The notes under the pieces were generated by a model, which was given only the letters and a program-made list of their open reading frames with translations, did no database searches and was not told the origin of the DNA. Position numbers and translations under genes: made by a program. A DNA stretch of 60,751 nucleotides, the filler included, from Hausera hauseri (taxonomy: Eukaryota), in assembly GCA_046269625.1 (NCBI GenBank). It is 12 parts of 12 records of this genome, joined end to end, with 100 filler letters (N's around TTAATTAATTAA, not from the genome) between each part and the next. Parts side by side here need not be neighbours in the genome. Positions count along the whole stretch, not along the records: positions 45,380 to 49,784 come from JBJURY010597111.1; positions 49,885 to 56,528 come from JBJURY010079103.1; positions 56,629 to 60,751 come from JBJURY010747098.1; 9 more parts are not named here. One strand, given 5' to 3'. Positions 49,713 through 60,751 of this stretch are shown piece after piece. The stretch's first letter is position 1, and the number at the start of each line of letters is the position of its first letter.

Positions 49713-50219
49713 CTTCCTTGATTTATGTATGACATTGTCTACATATTTGTTGTAAGGCAGGGTTCTATTAAAGGAATCCCCAATNNNNNNNNNNNNNNNN
49801 NNNNNNNNNNNNNNNNNNNNNNNNNNNNTTAATTAATTAANNNNNNNNNNNNNNNNNNNNNNNNNNNNNNNNNNNNNNNNNNNNTTTTCGGGAAACCCCG
49901 CGACTATTACACACGTCACTGTTTGCCCGTTGGTGTACACTTGCCTTTTAACGGCCCAAATTGTTACACATCTGTCATGTCCAAAATGTGTAAAAAACCT
50001 GGATACGTGTTTTACCTAATTGGTTTAAATTGCTGCTACAGATTTTTTGATCATTTTAAAATTAAATGGTATCCTGCAATGGTCTATACCCTCGGTGGAA
50101 TATCATGTTGTTTTATTTTTATGGGTTTGATTTGCAACATCATCTGTCGGTTCATGATCGGTAAAGACAAATCAGATTCAGTTATCAATGAAGTATTGAA
50201 TATTGTACCAATTTTGGAT

Positions 50220-51893
50220 GAACACATTTTGATCGCTTGTGGATTTGATTGTTATTGAAATCTGACCGTTGTTATTGCATCAGAAGTCAGGGAAATTGCG
50301 TCGACTAAAATAGGATCTATTAATGCTATTAATATTATACACGGTAAACCCGACGAAGATGGATTATATAGTCCATATTTGGGACCAATTGAATCTCAGG
50401 AATATTGTAAAGTTTACAATTTACCATTTCTGGAATGCAATGGTCATTTTGGACGAACTGAATTTCCAAAACATTAATTAATCCACCTATGTTTGATAAA
50501 TTACTGTTCCTTCTGAAATGTATCTGCTTCCGATGTCATCGGATATGTATTCAGCAGAATACCGGAGAAGCCCTTTACGCGCTAAGTGACAAATATGCGG
50601 CGGACAGTATTCAAAATTACATGAAAATTGAGGAATTTCGTTATATGTCTGAGGTTTCAATATTGGACAAAGCAATTGGCATTTTACGTTCACAGAAAAG
50701 AACTCAATGTACACATTGTTCTGAAAATACCGTTCTCTTTAAGAGGGAAAATAAAGCGGAATTTTATTCCCATCAAGAAATGAAGATCAGAAAGAAAGTC
50801 AACGAACCAGGAGAAAAACGAATGAAAATGGATTCCGACTTTGATAATAATGAAAAATATATAACATTTTGTTCAAAATACACTTATAATGAGTTGGACA
50901 AAGTATTCAGTTCAAAGCCACGCTGGATTTCACCCAAAATCATTTGCGAAAATTTACGTTTCACATGGATCAACGAGAAACACAAAATTCTTAAGTTTTA
51001 CTCCATGGTAAACAATCCGATTTTCGAATTTGGTACTGATATATTCTTCACGGACAACATGTTAATAAACCCACCAATAAACAGATTGCCCAATAAAGTA
51101 AATGGGAGAATAACCACTAGCCCCGAAACGACAAACATGTCTAAAGTTCTCGAAAGCTGTAAACAACTTAAGAAGATTCTCGGAGAATATAAAAATGAAT
51201 CAAACGATACTTTACTTCAACAACATATTAAGTTGCTGCAGAAACATGTGAACATCTGTTACGATTCAAATGAAGATTCAGACGTTAGATACGCACAACC
51301 TGGTTTACGTCAAGTTGTCGATAAAAAGGAAGGAATGTTTCGAAGTAACATGATGGGTAAACGTGTAAATTATGCGTTCCGATCTGTCATCACTCCCAAT
51401 CCGAGTTTGGCAGTTGATGAAGTCGGCGTACCAGTAATTTTCTTAAAAAAATTAACATTTCTCGAACCTGTTAATGACCTGAACAAAGATTTCTTGAAAC
51501 AGTGTATCACCAATGGCCCATCGGTCTATCCGAACGCAGTTCGGTATGAGATCAACGGACAGAGCGTAGCAATAAATGATAATCGAGAAGGTGTAGCAAA
51601 TAAGATTCGATTATAATCCATCGACACGCTACTGCCGGAGACTATGCCATCATGAATCGACAGCCATCGTTGCACAGATTATCCATGCAAGCATTGCGAA
51701 TTGTTTCTCTGGCTAATCCACGCGTAAAACTCTCCAAATGAGTTATGCCAATTGTAAAACCTTTAATGCCGATTTTGACGGTGAAGAATATATAAAAATC
51801 ATAGTCAGTTCATGTTATCAATACAGTTCACCGAAAGACGGTGCCCCATTGGCCGGTCTTATTCAAGATCACGTTATAGCTAGAACGAAATTG
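50220..51893 (+). pseudogene. POLR1A: RNA polymerase I largest subunit (RPA1), N-terminal part; intronless, frameshifted and truncated
   Basis: [95 protein letters not shown]. Confidence 0.92.
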
Positions 51894-52160
51894 TGCCATG
51901 TAACATGGCAGTACATTGCAAATTCGGACTTTGTGTACACCTCACACGCCATCATTTCTATTATTTTATTCGATTCCGTGTTGCCCGTGTTGTTAACATT
52001 ACTGGCAAATCTCATTGTATATCAAGGATGGTATCAATCAATTGGTACTAAACAATCGATCCATTCTGCTAAAATGAAAATTGACATAGAACAGACAGCT
52101 AAAAACCACACTGTACACAGAACATTACTGATCCGATCACTAACGATGATTGTTTGTCAA
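51894..52160 (+). pseudogene. Possible GPCR TM5-ICL3-TM6 fragment fused in frame to RPA1
   Basis: C...[24 protein letters not shown], then a basic loop, then [12 protein letters not shown]. Pattern only. Confidence 0.4.
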
Positions 52161-52356
52161 ACTCAATTTATTATTAATAATACGGTTATTCTACACATAA
52201 ATTCTTATCATAAAAAATTATTGTTCGTCAAACGAATTGTGTTCGGGGGCATTATCGGTTCTTATTCGCGTCATTTGGCGTTTTCCTTTCGTATTACCTA
52301 TGTCTGGATAGATCTCCTCTATAACGTCATCGGTTTTTCACAAAAATAAATGTGGA

Positions 52357-53230
52357 AAAAGCGACTAGTTTATTACTTTTACAAAATATCTATAGCTACG
52401 TATGGCTGGCCCGCGAACATTATGTTTCCTGACAAAAGTGCATAAAAGAAAACATTGGGTTTTGATTTACGTTGCAAATACAATTCCAAACTTAGGAACA
52501 TAGATTGTATTTGTTTTCCACATAAAGAAAGTACGGACCAACCACATTTAATTGCTTATCTATATGGAAAATTTCGTATTTTTCACGAAAACATTACTTT
52601 ATCTTCTACCATATTGACAATAGAAAACTTATTTTTCTACCCAGTTACAATGATACATTTCTTGTGCCACTTTTTGTGGCTGCATCCCATGAAATTCATG
52701 TGGTAATTATTTCAATACGGGGCTCATTTTCTGTCGCAGTTCTTTTGATTGATTCGGATGTAACTTTGAGGGGATTTGAAGAAGGTCATCTGGTAGACTG
52801 CTCTGCTCATTCAGGAATTGTGCAAACAGCTTTAAACTTAAATAAAACACTTTTCGAATCAAATACTCTCATTGATACCTTTAAAACATATCCATATTAT
52901 TGTATGATTCTTACCGGTCAAAGTCTCTGAGCCGGGGTAGCACTTATGTCATGTCTTTTATCTAATAAATATCATTCTCTACAAAGTTATGCGTTCGGTC
53001 CTCCATTGGGTCTATTAAACTCCTCAGCGTCTCAGTTTTGTAAAAATTTTATTATAACGATTGTTAATGGATACAAATGGACCTTAAGGTTATTAGTCCC
53101 ATCATTACATACGGTAAAAAATCGCTTGTTGTCGAATCTTCGAAGATGTGATGACGCTAAATCCAAATTATATTCAACTGTTCCTGTTTGTAAACACACA
53201 TTGTACACCAATGATTTCTTTGGGAAATAT
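52357..53230 (+). pseudogene. Diacylglycerol lipase (class 3 lipase) fragment
   Basis: IATYGWP, PLFVAASHE..VIISIRGSFS, AHSGIV, ILTGQSL*AGVA (GHSLG motif with a stop), YAFGPPLGLL...CKNFIITIV. Confidence 0.85.
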
Positions 53231-53641
53231 TTTAGAAATTTTTTGCAACTTATGGTCAATATTAAACCAGAACATATGCTTTCTTACTTCAAATTTACTC
53301 GTTTAGCTGACTCTGCCACACAGGACTATCTACGACCAACACAATACTCTGCTGTACACCCATCGTCAACGATTTCCTCGCTACGACAGTTTGATTCATG
53401 TCAATCAACACCTACCTTTTCCTACCTATTCCTCCTGAATAACCACCATTTACCTACACATAAAATAATAAATGCCGTAGACGCATCCTATCTACACAAC
53501 TACGTACTTCATACCGCTAACATCACCGATTTTTATCTTAACTACAATAATCTTCCATTAAATAATACCATTCTTTGTAATATTTTTATCCCTCCAACCT
53601 GTTTTATCATCTTCCACATACATATTCGCATACGTGATAGA

Positions 53642-56528
53642 ATGGATTTACCACCCACCGAGAAACCTAACCCCAAAACTTCACATTTTATTTTTAATAA
53701 CAAATCATCTTCCAACACCACTTCACCTACCTCCACCAGCTACACATTTTCAACTGGACTAACCAAACACCTTTCTTCTCAGTGTACGGAATATTTTGTC
53801 GACCATGAAAAGTCCAGCAAAACTTGGCTGGGCTTTCATCGACTTTGGTTACAAGCTAACAACATTACCGATCCTTCAGCAAAAGATCACAGTTTGCTTT
53901 GTCTCCTACAGACAAATGTTGAAACTTCTATCCGTGATCTGTTAGATATCTTCCAACAATCAGATCCATACACCCATCTTTACAATGCTGTTTGTAAGCT
54001 CACTGAACCATCTATAGACTCAATAATTCATAGGTTTTTCAGTGACAATGCGATGGGGACGCAAAAGCTATCTGATTTCCTCAGATCGTCACTCGTGCAG
54101 TTACAAACACTTGGCGTGACCAAACAAAATAACACCGATCTTTTGCGACGGTACTTCCTGAATGCATTGCCCATACAAATTAGGGCCTTACTTACTGTCG
54201 TTGAAAAATCGAGAACACTTGATAAGTTGGCCGAACTGGCGGACAAAACGTATAAGGTTTTGAACGTACACACTCAACCATTTATTTCTGCAGCAGTTAC
54301 TACTAACATTGTTTTACTCAAAAAATCAGTTAAACGAATTACGCACCGAAAATGCTGCACTCCATCACACCATCAACTCTATCAATGAAAAATTGAATAA
54401 TTTTTATTTATAGCGTCGTAATGTGCCTTCGTCAAATCGAACATTTTCCCCTTCTAGAAATCGATCACCGTCACCTACGAGGTCTCTCGTATGCTACTAT
54501 CACACGAAATTCAATAACAACGCAAATAAGTGTTGCATAGGTTGTAAATATTATTCGTCCAATTTAGATTCAAGTAATATAATTTGCGTCTATCATTCAA
54601 AATTCGGTCCTAATGCTCGGAGCTGTATTACCGGCTGTACATACAAAACTAACAACAAATATTCCATCGACAGACATACCAACATTTCTAATAGCAGCCG
54701 TTCTAATTCACCAATCCAAAGAAACTGATTTCGCCGCCAGTATTCTCGGCAGATACTGGCAATGGCAGCCTATCTAATTCCTTTAGCAGACACGTTTCAT
54801 TTGACGTTTTCACATTAAAAGCTACTATTTCCACTCCTAACATTCAATTCATAGATTTTCTCATCGACACTGGTGCAGCGATATCACTGCTTCCATTTTC
54901 TTTTCCGGTTCAATATGCTTCACCTAGAATAAAACCGTTATACAATGCATCTGGTCAAGCTCTCCGTGTCGCCGGAACCTGCAAACTTGATTTCACTTTA
55001 CAAAATTTTCCCTCATCATTTCATTGGACGTTTACAGTCGCTAACGTCCAGACTGCAATACTTGGCTCAGATTTCCTTTCACATTACAATTTACTAGTTG
55101 ATTGTAAACGACGATGTCTGAAAGCAAATACATCTGCAAACCTTAATACAAAAATAGACAACATCACAACGACAACACAGTCCACGTTAAATAAGCCATC
55201 TATTTTAAAACAGTCGGTACTTCGTTCTAATCCCAATAACAATCTGGTATTTTCTGTAAAATCACTGAACACAAACACTTACTCAAACATGGTTCCGGAT
55301 CAGGCTATCCTACTTCAGGCTCCACTTGATTCCTGATCAACAACTAATCATCATATATCAAGTACTGCTAGCAATCTCGGTCCATCATCAGTTACAACAT
55401 TCCAACAACTACCCACAAGTTTACAACAATTCGTTCATACCTCTTGTCCTTGGATACTTCAGAAAGATAGGAATTTGACTCCTTTAAATAACACATAACA
55501 AAAGGTCCGTCCGTTGTCATCATGACGCAGACAAGCAATAGAAGCCGAATTTATGGAATTAGAACAATCAGGTATCGTCCGCAGATCTAAATCACCATGG
55601 TCCTCACCTCTCCACGTCGTACAAAAAAAGGTGGATCCTTCCGACTATGCGGAGATTACCGCCAACTTAATATGTTAACAACAATGGACGCATACCCATT
55701 ACCATTAATCAAGGACATATTACATCGATTTAATACTACCTCAGTTTATTCGACGATCGATTTAGCTAAAGCTTACCACCAAATTCCTGTCGCACCGGAA
55801 GACATCGAGAAAACAGCAGTCACCACACCTTTTGTACTTTACAAGTACTTATATATGCCTTTCGGTCTCCGGAATGCTGCGCAGACGTTTCAAAGACACA
55901 TCGATTCAATACTTTCAGACTTTACTTTTGCACAACCCTATATTGACGACATCTTGGTTGCCTTATCATTAGTTAAACAACACGAAAAACATCTACGATA
56001 TATCTTCAAACGTATTAACCAGTTCAATATACAAATCAATTTCGCGAAATGCAATTTCTTTAAAAAGCGAGTTAATTTCCTCAGACATCTTATCTCACCA
56101 GATGGCCACTCACCTCAACCTGATCGAGTTAAGACTCTTAAAAATGTCCAACTACCTAAGACAACCACAGAAATGAGCAGTTTCCTAGGTACATTACATT
56201 TCGTCCACAAATATATTCCGTATTATTCGAAACTCACAGCACCTTTCGCACACTTAAGTAGAGGAAAGAAACACCAGAAAGTCATGTGGACGCCACAACT
56301 GGTCAATGATTTCGACAAGTTACGCGAAGGACTGAAGACTGTGGAAATATTTGCATTCCCTAAACCCGATGCTGAGTTAATTTTAACTACAGATGCATCA
56401 AACACCGCAGTAGGAGCCGTACTACACCAGCTATACAAAGGAGACAATCAACCTCTAGAATTCTTTTCTAGAAAATTAACTCCACCAGAAACAAGATACT
56501 CAACTTTTGATCGGGAATTGTTGGCAAT
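53642..56528 (+). mobile_element. Gypsy LTR retrotransposon (CsRN1/kabuki-like) gag-pol, decayed and truncated by the spacer
   Basis: Gag with two CxxHx9Cx3C motifs; protease FLIDTGA (54858); RT RLCGDYRQLN, DLAKAYHQI, YIDD; RNase H TDASNTAVGAVL, YSTFDRELLA. Confidence 0.93.
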
Positions 56529-56628
56529 NNNNNNNNNNNNNNNNNNNNNNNNNNNNNNNNNNNNNNNNNNNNTTAATTAATTAANNNNNNNNNNNNNNNN
56601 NNNNNNNNNNNNNNNNNNNNNNNNNNNN

Positions 56629-56792
56629 CTTTGGCACTCCTCAAGTTGTTTCCCGTTATAAATTAACCGTTGTTGTTTTATCGGAATCCCTTCCTTTTCC
56701 TCGACTGCTAACTTTAACTCCTTTACTTTGTCCGACGTCTTCACTAAAACCGCAATTATTTTTCCCGAAATTGTTTCAAGAAATATCATTAT
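56629..56792 (-). CDS. NEDD8/ubiquitin-like protein, truncated by the spacer
   Basis: MIFLETISGK...DKVKELK..VEEKEGIPIKQQRLIYNGKQL; the C-terminal GG is not visible. Confidence 0.75.
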
Positions 56793-56932
56793 TTTTCCTT
56801 CTTCTAACTTTATTTTTCAATCTTGCACAATTTCCTTGAGGAGGAGTTCCTTTCTTTCGTCCTTTTCAGGTGACACCTGCGGTCCAAAACCCAGATGTTC
56901 AGACGCCAGATAGAAACCCATGAGCAAAGAAC

Positions 56933-59900
56933 GTGATTGGAACGAATAACGAACTATACCCAATCGGAGAGTTAAAACAGTTAGTCGAGCAGCCAGTTGG
57001 AACCACTGAAGTTATCATCAGCGGCTACAAGGTGTCCACGGTACGACATCCCAAAACAGCACCAAGGTATTACGGTACCGTAATCGAAGGTAGGCCTTTC
57101 GCAAAGATTCAGTTGGAAGATTGGGAAGTTTACGCATTAATAGATACAGGATCTGAAATATCACTGATAAAATATGATTCGATACCTCAATTCCTACGGA
57201 GACAATTGTACCCGCCTCCTACGACGGATCCAGGAAGCATTGGAGCTTTCGGACAGTTGTCGAAAAGTAAATTCCGTTGGAAAACAGAAATTCACATAAT
57301 GGGACAATCTTTTCGTCATGAATTCTCAGTAATGGAGAAATTGACGGATGATGTAGTGTTAGGGTGTGACTTATTGAGACAACTACCTAATTTAGCAATC
57401 GATTTCAATGCAGGCAAGTTGATAGAAATTGGCCCAATAAAGGGAGTTAAAACCACCAAAGATAGAAAATTCGGAGAAGTGTGGATCCCGGTAGATGAAA
57501 GCGTACCGCCCAGAACAGAAATACCCACATATGCTCAGATTCGTCAAGATAACGACCAGCCAGTATATTTTGAGCCAAAGGAATCGCTTAATCCAAACCT
57601 CGTGCTCAGCAACGTTCTGACAAGAGTATAAACGGGTTGCATGCCAATCAGAATAGCAAGTAACGCAACAACCCCTATCAAACTCTACGCCAATACCACT
57701 TTGGGACACACGTATAGGGTATCATCAATCACCATAGAAGAAAAACCATATAAGGGCGCCGAATTTCCACCCCACGTTGAGACTAAATTTTCATCGGAAT
57801 CATACTGCTGATTCTACGACTTACTTTGTCGTTATAGCTCGATTATCGCGAGAGATGAAGAGGATATCGGCCAAGCCAAAACCTTAAGACTCACGATTCC
57901 ACTTAAGAAGCCTGGCTCCAACGACGAAATAAATTTGGAAGATCAAAATATACCGAAGTGGTACCCTCCTCCACACTCGTTAAGGCCAGAAATAACTAAG
58001 GAGGTTGAACGGATGTTAAAAGTAGACATAATAAGACCAAGCTACAGATCTTGGTATTCATTGATACTCATAGTTAAGAAGAAAGGTACCAGTAAACATC
58101 GATTTTGTATCGACTATCGAGCATTAAATACACTTATGATGAAGGACTCTTTCCGTTACCATTGGTGAAGGAAGCTCTGGACAGATTTTCGGGAGCTAAA
58201 TGGTATACCACTCTTGACTTGCAATCAGGGTATTGGCAAGTGGTTATAGAAGAGGAAGACCGTTAAAATATGGCATTTAAGACACACGACGATATATATG
58301 AATTTAATGTTATGCCTTTTGAAATCACTACAGGACCAGCCATTTTCACCCGCATGATTAATAAAATGCTAATGGTACTGGAACATGCGTTCGCTTACTT
58401 GGACGACGTCATGATTGCGTCAAAAACGGAAAAGGATCATTTAAAGGACATTGAAGGTACACTCATGAGATTGGAGCAAGCTGGATTAAAGCTGAATCCC
58501 AAGAAATGCAAATGGGCTCAAAATGCCGTATCGTACTTTGGACATATAGTCGGAGAAGGAGGATCGAAAGCAGATAAATCATTATTAAGTAAGATATCGA
58601 ATTGTATGGAACCTCAAAATCAGAAGGAATTAAGACACTGGTTAGGTCTGTGTGGATATTATGCAACCTACGTACAAGATAACGCAAAGATAAAGGTACC
58701 TTTATATCGTTTACTTAAAAAAGGGATCAAATGGAAATAGACCGATGTCGAACAAAAAGCTTTTGATGAAGTGAAGAAAATTCTAACTAGTGAACCCGTT
58801 CTAAGGTATCCTGACTTTAACCTACCGTTTATAATGAAAACAATCGCCAGTAAAGAAGGCATCGGATACGAATTAGTTCAGAAATGAGAAGACGAGGAGC
58901 TAGAACACCCGATCACATACGGAGGACGTTCCCTAAATAGGCCGAGAAGAACTATTCTGTTACGGAGTGAGAAACATTAGCAGTGAAAGAAGCCCTGCGA
59001 CATTTTAACGTGTACGTCTATGGACAGAGAATTGTAATCATTACTGATCATAAGGCAGTCACGACCTTAAAAGGTAAAGCAAATAATCCCACCTGTAGAC
59101 TTAACAGATGGATTGAGGAAATTTTGCGTTACAATATTGAATTACAATATAAACCCGGGAAAAACATATCGACACCGACGCATTATTGAAACGTAAAACC
59201 AAAACAAGAGCAGTTACAGTAATAAGGAAATCACACATTGAAGATGTAATAGAAATACAACGAACTCTCATATTAGATAAGGCGTTAAAGATTGCCGTCG
59301 CACAGAGAAAAGACAAGGTTATACAGCAGATTATCGAGTTCGTTGATGCCAACATGACACCAAAGGGCCATCACCTACAGAAACACCTACGACTATATGG
59401 TCACAAATACTGCGTCGCTGGAGACTTATACCACGAAAATGTGTTATATTTCGAACTAAAAGGACAAAAATTAGTCGTCAAACCGAATGGATTACGAGCG
59501 GAAGTACTCATGGCCAAACATGATTTATACTTAGCCGGATACGTCGTGGAAAAATACATTGAAAAGGATATTAAATAAGTACTATTGGCCGAGCATATAT
59601 ATTGACGTGAGAAATTGGGTAAATGCTTGTGAAGTGTGTGCGACCAAGCAGAGAAAAGTGAAAAACTACGTTGCAGAGCTTAAGCCTATCGACGTGCCCG
59701 ATAGACCAATGCAAACAATGTCTATGGATATTGTAGGACCATTACCTACGACCCACAAGAATAACAAATATATTTTGACCTGTGTAGACAGATTCACTCA
59801 CTTCGTTGAACCTGTGGAGTTATTAGACCAAAAGGCCGAGACCTTGGCAGAAGCCGTAGTTCTGAAAATCATTTGCAGATACGGGCCACCCGAAGAAATT

Positions 59901-60751
59901 TTGACAGACCAAGGAAGAAACTTTACGAGGGAATTGTTCGATAAAATTACCAAAATTTTTGAGATTAAACGATTAACTACCACACCTTATCATCCACAAT
60001 TTAATGGAATGGTCGAACGAATGAACGCGACAGTTATACGAATCTTATCGACAGTAGTCGCAAAAGACCAGAAAAATTGGGATAATTTCTTTGAAGGTGA
60101 ACAGTTTGCCCTTAATACTATTCCACATCCTGCGACAGGATTCACTCCACTTTTTATAATGTACGGAAGAGAAGATGCGCTTCCTACAGATTTAGGACTA
60201 ATTACATATACAGCACAAACGGAGGATTTAGAACAAAATTTTGTCGAAGTATTACAGTCAAGATTGCACAATTGTTGGGAGATAGCCAAGAAATTATCTA
60301 AAGAATACCAGGAACAATTTAAGAAGCAATACAATAATAAAGCTAAACCTCACGATTTAGAACCAGGAAACTGGGTTTAAGTACACTATCCAGTAGCAAA
60401 GAAAAGCACATCTCTGAAACTTACTAGGACAGTCAGAGGATCTTATGAAGTTACTAAGATTACGCCAGCCACAGTTTATATAAATAAAAACGGCAAGGAA
60501 GAGGTTTTATCCATTTAGAAAGTAGTTAAAACGGAAATAAGACCGAATAAACGCTATAATTTGCGTTCGAATAAAGTCAATAAGGAAAGGAAAACATCGT
60601 CAATCGTAACCAGACCAATATCATATGTACAAATAATCCTTGCCCTATCGTTAATCGCTTCTTATGTACCCAAGGTGAAATCGTTAACTATAGCCGAAAA
60701 ACTACGATACGCGATGAAACGCAGGTATATCCAAAATATGAGTACACGATA
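56933..60751 (+). mobile_element. Gypsy LTR retrotransposon pol (PR-RT-RH-IN), decayed; a different family
   Basis: [43 protein letters not shown]...CEVC, MDIVGPLP, TDQG.NF, YHPQFNGMVER, RYNLR. Confidence 0.95.

Noticed and set aside
51765-51788. A novel RNA polymerase with a variant NADFDGE active site
   Set aside because: The copy is frameshifted and truncated; the change coincides with a deletion junction.

Overview
This window is not one locus. It is a concatenation of 12 short (about 4-8 kb) unplaced eukaryotic contigs joined by artificial 100-bp spacers (44 N + TTAATTAATTAA + 44 N) at 7767, 11914, 16328, 22134, 26349, 31596, 36061, 40745, 45280, 49785 and 56529. Adjacency across spacers means nothing biologically, and the contigs need not all come from one organism. 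The content is repeat-rich, invertebrate-animal-like DNA. Mobile elements: one apparently intact R1/LOA-like non-LTR retrotransposon (gag-like ORF1; APE-RT-RNase H ORF2); several decayed Gypsy elements (two of one CHCC-gag family, one with a possible in-frame env); DD41D Tc1/mariner and Chapaev3-like DNA transposons; many RTE/LINE and SINE remnants; and two decayed protein-primed PolB (Polinton/Maverick/adintovirus-type) genes. Host-gene pieces: POLR1A, VPS52, DAG lipase, USP, NEDD8/ubiquitin-like, TRAF-MATH, RING and a GPCR-like segment. Most notable: (1) both pPolB genes begin with the same Cys/His module that I cannot assign (one copy vs two), behind an ATG-only micro-exon and a 40-45 nt intron, and one is flanked by RING and TRAF-MATH genes; (2) intronless host-gene fragments are repeatedly joined to each other and to Gypsy sequence; (3) there is a candidate HDV-like ribozyme at an RTE 5' end and a Penelope-like inverted repeat with a degenerate hammerhead. 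All family calls come from recognising motifs by eye, with no database searches.
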